Positions 44,430 to 54,958 of a stretch of 64,000 bases of DNA are shown one piece after another. Source of the stretch: the human T2T-CHM13v2.0 reference genome, Homo sapiens; assembly GCF_009914755.1 (NCBI RefSeq), contig NC_060933.1; one strand, 5' to 3'. How positions within the stretch are numbered: position 1 is the stretch's first letter; each line of letters opens with the position of its first letter. Under the pieces are notes generated by a model, which had not been told where the DNA came from, did not search any database, and worked only from the letters and a program-made list of their open reading frames with translations. A program made the translations under genes and the position numbers.

Positions 44430-45080
44430 TGGGTTAATTCCATTCCATTCCATTCGATTGCGATCGAGTTGATTCCATTCCATTCCATTCCATTCCATTC
44501 CATTCCATTCCATTCCATTCCATTCCTTTCCATTACATTACGGATGATTCCATTCCATTGCATTCCATTCCATTCCATTCCCCTGTACTCGGGTTGATTC
44601 CATTCCATTCCATTCCAATCCATGCCATTCCACTCGTATTGATTCCATTCTTTCCATTCCATTCAAGTTGAATCCATTCCATTGCATTCCATTACATTCG
44701 ATTCCATTCGATTGCACTCGGGTTGATTCCATTCCATTGTATTCCATTCCATTCCATTCCATTCCATTCCATTCCGTTCCATTCCATTCCATTACATTCG
44801 GATTGATTCTATTCAATTCCCTTACACTCCATTACATTCCATTCCATTCGGGTAGTTTCCATTCCATTCCATTCCATTCCTCTCCATTCCATTGCACTCG
44901 GGTTGATTCCATTCCATTGCATTCCATTCGATACCATTCAATTCCATTCCGTTCCATTCCATTCCATTACATTCGGATTGATTCTATTCAACTCCCTTAC
45001 TCTCCATTACATTCGATTCCATTCGGGTTGTTCCATTCCATTCCATTCCATTCCTCTCCATTCCATTGCACTCGGGTTGA
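44430..45080 (+). repeat. Second copy of block ~40230-40880 (offset ~4.2 kb)
   Basis: cgattgcgatcgag (~40255/44455), cattacattacgg (40321/44531), cactcgtatt (40421/44631) and attcgattccattcggg (40811/45011). Confidence 0.78.
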
Positions 45081-48000
45081 TTCCATTCCATTCCATTCCA
45101 TTCCGGAAGATTCCATTCCATTGCATTCCATTAAATTCCATTCCCCTGTACTCGCGTTGATTCCATTCCATTCCATTCCATTCCTTTGCATTCCATTGCA
45201 TTCCATTGCATTGCATTCCCCTGCACTCAGGTTGATTCCATTCCATTCCATTCCATTCCATTCCATTCCATTCTATTCGCGTTAATTCCATTCCACTCCA
45301 TTCCATTACATTCCATTGCAATCGACTTGATTCCATTCCATTCCATTCCATTCCATTCCATTCCATTCCATTCCATTCCATTCCCTTCCATTCCACTCTG
45401 GTTGATTCCATTCCTTTCCATTCTACTCGATTGCATTCCTTTCTATTCCACTCGGATTGATTCCATTCCATTCCGTTCCATTCCATTCCATTTCGTTCCA
45501 TTCCATTCTATTCCATTCCATTCCATTCCATTCCTTTCCATTCCATTTCGTTCCATTCCATTCCATTCCATTCCATTTCTTTCCATTCCATTCTATTCCA
45601 TACCATTCCATTCCATTCCGTTCCATGCCATTCCACTCGGGTTGATTCCATTGCTTTCCATTCCATTTGGGTTGAATCCATTCCATTCCATTCCATTCCA
45701 TTCCATTCCATTCCGTTCCATTCCATTCCATTACATTCGTATTGATTGTATTCAATTCCCTTACACTCCATTACATTCCATTCCATTCGGGTTGTTTCCA
45801 TTCCATTCCATTCCATTCCACTCCATTCCATTGCAGTCGGGTTGATTCCAATCCATTCCATTCCATTCCCTTCCATTCCATTTCGTTCCATTCCATTCTA
45901 TTCCATACCATTCCATTCCATTCCATTCCATTCCATTCCATGCCATTCCACTCGGGTTGATTCCTTTCCATTCCATTCCATTCGGGTTGAAACCATTCCA
46001 TTCCATTCAATTCTATTCCATTTCGGATGATTGCATTCCATTGCCTTCCATTCAATTGCATTCCCCTGCACCCGGGTTGATTCCATTCAATTCCATTCCA
46101 TTCCATTCCGTTCCATTCCATTCCATACCATTGCATTCCATTCCATTCCATTCTATTTGGGTTAATTCCATTCCATTCCATTCCATTCCATTCAGTTTCA
46201 TTGCAATCGGGTTGATTCCATTCCGTTCCATTCCATTGCATTCCATTCCATTCCATTCCATTCCATTCCATTCCATTCCATTCCATTCAACTCGGGTTGA
46301 TTCCATTCCTTTCCATTCCATTCGGGGTGAAGCCTTTCCATTCCATTCCATTCCTTTCGATTCCATTCCATTGCACTCCGGTTGATCCCATTCCTTTGCA
46401 TTCCATTCCATTCCATTCCATTCCATTCCATTCCATTCCATTCCATTCCGTTCCATTCAATTCCATTACATTCGGATTGATTCTATTCAATTCCCTTACA
46501 ATCCATCACATTCCATTCCATTCGGGTTGTTTCCATTCCTTTCCATTCCATTCAATTCCATTCCATTCCATTCCATTCCGTAGGATTCCATTCCATTGCA
46601 TTCTATTCCATTCCATTCCCCTGCACTCGGGTGGATTCCATTCTATTCCATTCCATTCCATTCCATTGAAATCGAGTTGATTCCATTCCATTCCATTCCA
46701 TTCCATTCCATTCCATTCCATTCTATTCGGGTTAATTCCATTCCATTCCATTCCATTCCCTTCCATTCCATTCCATTCTATTCCATTCCATTCCATTCTA
46801 TTAGGGTTAATTCCATTCCATTCCATTCCATTCCTTTCCATTCCATTCCATTCCATTCCTTTGCAATCGAGTTTATTCCATTCCATTCCATTCCATTCCA
46901 TTCCATTCCATTCAATTCCATTGAACTCGGGTTGATTCCATTCCATTCCATGCCATTCCATTTCATTCCAATCCATTGCCTTCCATTCCATTCCATTCCT
47001 CTGCACTCGGGTTGATTCCATTCCTTTCCATTCCATTCGATTCCATTCCATGCCATTCCACTCGGGTTGATTCCATTACTTTCCATTCCATTCGAGTTGA
47101 ATCCATTCCATTCGATTCCATTCCATTCGATTCCATTCCATTGCTCACGGGTTCATTCCATTCCATTCCATTCCATTCCATTCCATTCTATTCCATTTCA
47201 TTCCATTTCGTTCCATTCCATTCTCTTCCGTACCATTCCATTCCATTCCATTCCACTCCATTCCATGCCATTCCACTCGGGTTTATTCCATTCCTTTCCA
47301 TTCCATTCGGGTTGAATTCATTCCATTCCATTCCATTCCATTCCATTCCATTCCATTCCATTCCATTCCATTCCATTGCACTCGGGTTGATTCCATTCCA
47401 TTCCATTCCATTCCACTCCATTCCATTGCACTCGGGTTGATTCCATTCCTTTCCATTCCATTCCAGTTGAACCCATTCCATTCTATTCCATTCCATTCCA
47501 TTCCATTCCATTCCATTCCTTTGCACACGGGTTCATTCCTTTCCATTCCATTCCATTCCATTCCATTCCATTCCATTCCATTCCATTTCGTTCCATTCCA
47601 TTCTATTCCTTACCATTCCATTCCATTCCGTTCCCTTCCATGCCATTTCACTCGGGTTTATTCCATTCCTTTCCATTCCATTCGGGTTGAATCCATTCCA
47701 TTCCATTCCATTCCATTCCATTCCATTCCATTCCATTGAACTCGGGTTGATTCCATTCCATTCCATGCCATTCCATTTCATTCCATTCCATTCCATTCCG
47801 TTCCATTCCATTCCATTCCTTTCCGTTCAATTCCATTACATTCGGATTGATTCTTTTTAATTCCCTTACACTCCATTACATTCCATTCCATTCGGGTAGT
47901 TTCCATTCCATTCCATTCCATTCCTCTGCATTCTATTGCACTCGGGTTGATTGATTCCATTCCATTGCATTCCATTCCATTCAGGATGATTCCATTCCAT

Positions 48001-51000
48001 TGCATTCCATTCCATTCCATTCCCCTGCACTCGTGTTGATTCCATTCCTTTCCATTCCATTCCATTCCGTTCCATTCCATTCCATTACATTCGTACTGAT
48101 TGTACTCAATTCCCTTACACTCCATTACATTCCATTCCATTCGGGTTGTTTCCATTCCATTACATTCCATTCTACTCCATTCCATTGCACTCAGGTTGAT
48201 TCCATTCCATTCCATTCCATTCCATTCCATTTCGTTCCATTCCATTCTATTCCGTACCATTCCATTCCATTCCATTCCATTCCATGCCATTCCACTCAGG
48301 TTTATTACATTCCTTTCCATTCCATTCGGGTTGAATCCATTCCATTCCATTCCATTCCATTCCATTCCATTCCTTTGCACTCGGGTTGATTCCATTCCAT
48401 TCCCTGCCATTCCATTTCATTCCATTCCATTCCATTCCATTCCATTCCATTCCATTCCATTCCGTTCCATTCCATTCCATTACATTCGGATTGATTGTAT
48501 TTAATTCCCTTACACTCCATTACATTCCATTCCATTCGGGTTGTTTCCGTTCCATTACATTCCATTCCACTCCATTCCATTGCACTCAGGTTGATTCCAT
48601 TCCATTCCATTCCATTCCATTCCATTCCATTCCATTCCATTTCGTTCCATTCCGTTCTATTCCGTACCATTCCATTCCATTCCATTCCATTCCATTCCAT
48701 GCCATTCCACTCGGGTTGATTCCATTCCTTTCCATTCCATTCGGGTTGAATCCATTCCATTCCATTCCATTGCATTCCGTTCCATTCCATTCCCCTGCAG
48801 TCGGGTGGATTCCATTCTATTCCACTCCATTCCATTCATTCCATTCCATTCCATTCCATTTCGTTCCATTCCATTCTATTCCGTAACTTTCCATTCCATT
48901 CCATTCCATTCCATTCCATTCCATGCCATGCCATTCCACTCGAGTTGATTCCATTCCTTTCCATTCCATTCTAGTTGAATCCATTCCATTGCATTCCATT
49001 CCATTGGATTCCATTCAATTGCACACGGGTTCATTCCATTCCATTCCATTCCATTCCATTCCATTCCATTTCGTTCCATTCCATTCTATTCCGTACAATT
49101 CCCTTCCATTCCATTCCATTCCACTCCATTCCATTCCATTCCACTCCATTCCATGCCATTCCACTCGGGTTTATTCCATTCCTTTCCATTCCATTCGGGT
49201 TGAATCCATTCCATTCGGGTTGAATCCATTCCATTCCATTCCATTCCATTCCATTCCATTCCATTCCATTCCATTCCATGCCATTCCACTCGGGTTGATT
49301 CCATTCCTTTCCATTCCATTGGAGTTGAACCCATTCCTTTCCATTCCATTCCATTCCATTCCATTCCATTCCATTGCTCACGGGTTCATTCCATCCAATT
49401 CCATTCCATTCCATTCCATTCCATTCCATTTCGTTCCATTCCATTCTACTCCGTACCATTGCATTCCATTCCATTCCCTTCCATGCCATTTCACTCGGGT
49501 TTATTCCTTTCCTTTCCATTCCATGCGGGTTGAATCCATTCCATTCCATTCCATTGCATTCCATTCCATTCCATTCCCCTGCAATCGGGTGGATTCTGTT
49601 CTATTCCATTCCATTCCATTCCATTCCATTCCATTCCATTTCGTTCCATTCCATTCTATTCCGTACCCTTCCATTCCATTCCATTCCATTCCATTCCATT
49701 CCATACCATGCCATTCCACTCGGGTTGATTCCATTGCTTTCCATTCCATTTGGGTTGAATCTAATCCATTCCATTCCATTCCATTCCATTCCATTGCACT
49801 AGGTTTGATTCCATTTCACTGCATTCCATTCCATTCCATTCCATTAAATTCCATTCCACTCGGGTTGATTCCATTCCTTTCCATTCCATTGGTGTTGAAT
49901 CCATTCCATTCCATTCCATTACTTTCGATTCCATTCCATTGCACTCGGGTTGAACCCATTCCATTGGATTCCATTCCATTCCATTGCATTCCAATCCGTT
50001 CCTTTCCATTCCATTACATTCGTATTGATTCTATTCACTTCCCTTATACTCCATTCCATTCCATTCCATTCGGGTTGTTTCCATTCCATTCCATTCCATT
50101 CCACTCCATTCCATTGCAATCATGTTGATTCCATTCCATTCCATTCCATTCCATTCCGTATGATTCCATTCCATTGCATTCCATTCCATTCCATTCCCCT
50201 GCACTCGGGTGGATTCCATTCTATTCCATTCCATTCCATTCCACTCTATTCCATTCCATTCCATTCCATTCCATTCCATTCCAGTCCATTCCATTCTATT
50301 CGGGTTAATTTCATTCCATTCCATTCCATTCCATTGCATTCCTTTCCATTACATTGAAATCGAGTTGATTCCATTTCATTCCATTCCATTCCATTCCATT
50401 CCATTGCATTCTATTCCGGTTAATTCCATTCCATTCCATGCCATTCCATTCCCTTCCATTCCATTCCATTCCATTCTATTAGGGTTAATTCCATTCCATT
50501 CCATTCCATTACATTCCATTGCAATCGAGTTGATTCCATTCCATTCCATTCCATTCCATTCAATTCCGGATGATTGCATTCCATTGCCTTCCATTCCATT
50601 CCATTCCCCTGCACTCGGGTTGATTCCATTCCATTCCTTTCCATTCCATTCCATTACATTCCATTTCGTTTCATTCCGTTCTATTCCGTACCATTCCATT
50701 CCATTCCATTCCATTTCTTTCCATTCCATTCCATGCCATTCCACTCGGGTTGATTCCATTCCTTTCCATTCCATTCGACTTGAATCCATTCCATTCCATT
50801 CCATTCCATTCGATTCCATTCCATTGCACACGGGTTCATTCCATTCCATTCCATTCCATTCCATTCCATTCCATTCCATTCCACTCGGGATGATTCCATT
50901 CCTTTCCATTCCATTCGGGTTGAAACCATTCCATTCCATTCCATTCCTTTCGATTCCATTCCATTCCATTACATTCGGATTGATTCTATTCAATTCCCTT

Positions 51001-54000
51001 ACACTCCATTACATTCCATTCCATTCGGGTTGTTTCCATTCCATTCCATTCCATTCCACTCCATTCCATTGCAATCGGGTTGATTCCATTCCATTCCATT
51101 ACATTCCATTCCGTTCCATTCCATTCCATTCCATTCTGTTCAGGTTAATTCCATTCCATTCCATTCCCTTCCATTCCATTCCATTCCATTCCATTCCATC
51201 CAATTGCAATCGAGTTGATTCCATTGCATTCCATTCCATTCCATTCCATTCCATTGCATTCCATTCCATTAGATTCCATTCCATTGCATTCCATTCCATT
51301 CCATTCCCCTGCACTCAGATTGATTCCATTCCATCCCATTCCACTCCATTCCGTTCCATTCCATTCCATTCCATTCTATTCGCGTTAATTCCATTCCATT
51401 CCATTACATTCCATTGCAATCGAGTTGATTCCATTCCATTCCGTTCCATTCCATTCCATTCCATTCCATTTCGTTCCATTCCATTCTATTCCGTACCATT
51501 CCATTCCATTCCATTCCATTCCATTCCATGCCATTCCACTCGGGTTGATTCTATTGCTTTCCATTCCATTTGGGTTGAATCCAATCCATTCCATTCCATT
51601 CCATTCCATTCCATTCCATTGCACTAGGTTTGATTCCATTCCACTGCATTGCATTCCATTCCATTCTGTTCCATTCCATTCCATTACATTCGGATTGATT
51701 GTATTCAATTCCTTACACTCCATTACATTCCATTCCATTCGGGTTGTTTCCATTCCATTCCATTCCATTCCATTCCATTCCATTCCATTGCACTCAGGTT
51801 GATTCCATTCCATTCCATTCCATTCCATTCCATTCCATTTCGTTCCATTCCATTCTATTCCGTACCATTCCATTCCATTCCATTCCATTCCATGCCATTC
51901 CACTCGGGTTTATTCCATTCCTTTCCATTCCATTCGGGTTGAATCCATTCCATTCCATTCCATTCCATTCCATTCCATTCCATTGCACTCGGGTTGATTC
52001 CATTCCATTCCCTGCCGTTCCATTTCATTCCATTCCATTCCATTCCATTGCATTCCATTCCATTCCGTTCCATTCCATTCCATTACATTCGGATTGATTG
52101 TATTCAATTCCCTTACACTCCATTACATTCCATTCCATTCGTGTTGTTTCCGTTCCATTACATTCCCTTCCACTCCATTCCATTGCACTCAGGTTGATTC
52201 CATTCCATTCCATTCCATTCCATTCCATTCCATTCCATTCCATTTCGTTCCATTCCATTCTATTCCCTACCATTCCATTCCATTCCATTCCATGCCAATC
52301 CACTCGGGTTTATTCCATTCCTTTCCATTCCATTCGGGTTGAATCCATTCCATTCCATTCCATTCCATTCCATTCCATTCCATTCCCCTGCAATCGGGTG
52401 GATTCCATTCTATTCCATTCCATTCCTTTCCATTCCATTCCATTCCATTCCATTTCGTTCCATTCCATTCTATTCCGTACCATTCCTTTCCATTCCATTC
52501 CATTCCATTCCATGCCATGCCATTCCACTCGGGTTGATTCCATTCCTTTCCATTCCATTCTAGTTGAATCCATTCCATTGCATTCCATTCCATTCGATTC
52601 CATTCAATTGCACACGGGTTCATTCCATTCCATTCCATTCCATTCCATTCCATTTCGTTCCATTCCATTCTATTCCGTACCATTCCCTTCCATTCAATTC
52701 CATTCCACTCCATTCCATGCCATTCCACTCGGGTTTATTCCATTCCCTTCAATTCCATTCGGGTTGAATCCATTCCATTCCATTCCATTCCATTCCATTC
52801 CATTCCATGCCATTCCACTCGGGTTGATTCCATTCTTTTCCATTCCATTCGAGTTGAACCCATTCCATTCCATTCCATTCCATTCCATTCCATTCCACTC
52901 GGGTTGATTCCATTCCTTTCCATTCCATTCGGGTTGAAACCATTCCATTCCATTCCATTCCATTCCTTTCGATTCCATTCCATTTCACTCGGGTTGATCC
53001 CATTCCATTGCATTCCATTCCATTCCATTGCATTCCATTCCGTTCCATTCTATTCCATTACATTCGTATTGATTCTATTCAATTCCCTTACTCTCCATTA
53101 CATTCCATTCCATTCGGGTTGTTTCCATTCCATTCCATTCCATTCCACTCCATTCCATTGCAATCGGGTTGATTCCATTCCATTCCATTGCATTCCATTC
53201 CATTTCATTCCATTCCATTCCATTCCATTCCATTCCATTCCGTATGATTCCATTCCATTGCATTCCGTTCCATTCCATTCCACTGCACTCGGTTGGATTC
53301 CATTCTATTCCATTCCATTCCATTCCATTCCATTCCATTCCATTCCATTCCATTCCATTCTATTCGGGTTAATTTCATTCCATTCCCTTCCATTCCATTC
53401 CATTCCATTCCATTCCATTCCATTCCATTGAAATCGAGTTGATTCATTTCCATTCCAGTCCATTCCATTCCATTCCATTCTATTCGTGTTAACTCCATTC
53501 CATTCCATTCCATTCCATTCCCTTCCATTCCATTCCATTCCATTCCATTGCATTCCATTCCATTCCATTCTATTAGGGTTAATTCCATTCCATTCCATTC
53601 CATTCCATTCCACTCCATTCCATGCCATTCCACTCGGGTTTATTCCATTCCTTTCCATTCCATTCGGGTTGAGTCCATTCCATTCCATTCCATTCCATTC
53701 CATTCCATTCCATTCCATGCCATTGCACTCGGGTTGATTCCATTCCTTTCCATTCCATTCGAATTGAACCCATTCCATTCCCTTCCATTCCATTCCATTC
53801 CATTCCATTCCATTGCTCACGGGTTCATTCCATTCCATTCCATTCCATTCCATTCCATTCCATTTCGTTCCATTCCATTCTACTCCGTACCATTCCATTC
53901 CATTCCATTCCCTTCCATGCCATTTCACTCGGGTTTATTCCATTCCTTTCCATTCCATTCGGGTTGAATCCATTCCATTCCATTCCATTCCATTCCATTC

Positions 54001-54911
54001 CATTGCGCTCGGGTTGATTCCATTCCATTCCATGCCATTCCATTTCATTCCGTTCCATTCCATTCCATTCCTTTCCATTCCTTTCCTTTCAATTCCATTC
54101 CATTACATTCGGATTGATTCTTTTTAATTCCCTTACACTCCATTACATTCCATTCCATTCGGGTACTTTCCATTCCATTCCATTCCATTCCACTGCATTC
54201 TATTGCACTCGGGTTGATTGATTCCATTAGATTGCATTCCATTCCATTCCATTCCCCTGCACTCGGGTTGATCCCATTCCATTGCATTCCATTCCATTCC
54301 GTTCCATTCCATTCCATTCCATTCCATTCTGTTCAGGTTAATTCCATTCCATTCCATTCCATTCCATTCCATTCCATTCCATCCCATTGCAATCTAGTTG
54401 ATTCCATTGCATTCCATTCCATTCCATTCCATTCCATTGCATTCCATTCCATTCCATTTCCCTGCACTCAGATTGATTCCATTCCATCCCATTCCATTCC
54501 ATTCCGTTCCATTACATTCCATTCCATTCTATTCGCGTTAATTCCATTCCATTCCATTCCATTACATTCCATTGCAATCGAGTTGATTCCATTCCATTCC
54601 GTTCCATTCCATTCCATTCCATTCCATTTCGTTCCATTCCATTCTATTCTGTACCATTCCATTCCATTCCATTCCATTCCATTCCATTCCATTCCATGCC
54701 ATTGCACTCGGGTTGATTCCATTGCTTTCCATTCCATTTGGGTTGAATCCAATCCATTCCATTCCATTCCATTCCATTCCATTGCACTAGGTTTGATTCC
54801 ATTCCGCTGCCTTCCATTCCATTCCATTCCGTTCCATTCCATTCCATTACATTCGGATTGATTGTATTCAATTCCCTTACACTCCATTACATTCCATTCC
54901 ATTCGGGTTGT

Positions 54912-54958
54912 TTCCATTCCATTCCATTCCGTGTGCAATGGAATGGAATGGAATGGAA
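54912..54958. other. Inversion breakpoint and perfect inverted repeat (19-bp stem, 9-nt loop)
   Basis: ttccattccattccattcc (54912-54930), then gtgtgcaat (54931-54939), then ggaatggaatggaatggaa (54940-54958). Confidence 0.95.

Larger units (their letters stand above)
1617..45114. promoter_or_regulatory. Dispersed perfect three-unit heat shock element matches (nTTCnnGAAnnTTCn)
   Basis: attccggaagattcc at 7674, 11671, 13352, 13402, 13652, 13702, 16686, 16736, 21871 and 45100 among others, plus attccggaaaattcc at 1617 and attccggaagtttcc at 6741. The motif match is direct; binding is not shown. Confidence 0.45.
1..45200 (+). repeat. HSat3 sub-domain 1 (variant set: ttcaagttgaatcc, attccggaagattcc, gcactcgcgttg, caactcccttactctcc)
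   Basis: These motifs recur throughout 1-45.2 kb. Last ttcaagttgaatcc is at ~44662, last ccggaag at ~45100 and last actcgcgttg at ~45150. Confidence 0.75.
1..54930 (+). repeat. Satellite III (HSat3)-type array, CATTC strand on +
   Basis: Continuous (CATTC)n with interspersed variants such as cactcgggttgattcc, gcaatcgagttgattcc, ctattcgggttaattcc and ccggatgattcc. This matches the established SatIII description: (ATTCC)n plus A(T/C)TCGGGTTG, or (GGAAT)n plus CAACCCGA(G/A)T on the other strand. Confidence 0.97.

Noticed and set aside
54931-54939. gtgtgcaat as a foreign insertion or transposon footprint at the junction
   Set aside because: It is the reverse complement of the native variant attgcacac(gggttc) seen at ~19109, 28222, 37620, 47521 and 50823. 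No target-site duplication or novel sequence is present.
54926-54945. Heat shock element created by the inversion junction
   Set aside because: The last nTTCn (54926-54930) and the first nGAAn (54940-54944) are 9 bp apart, out of 5-bp register, so this is not a canonical HSE.
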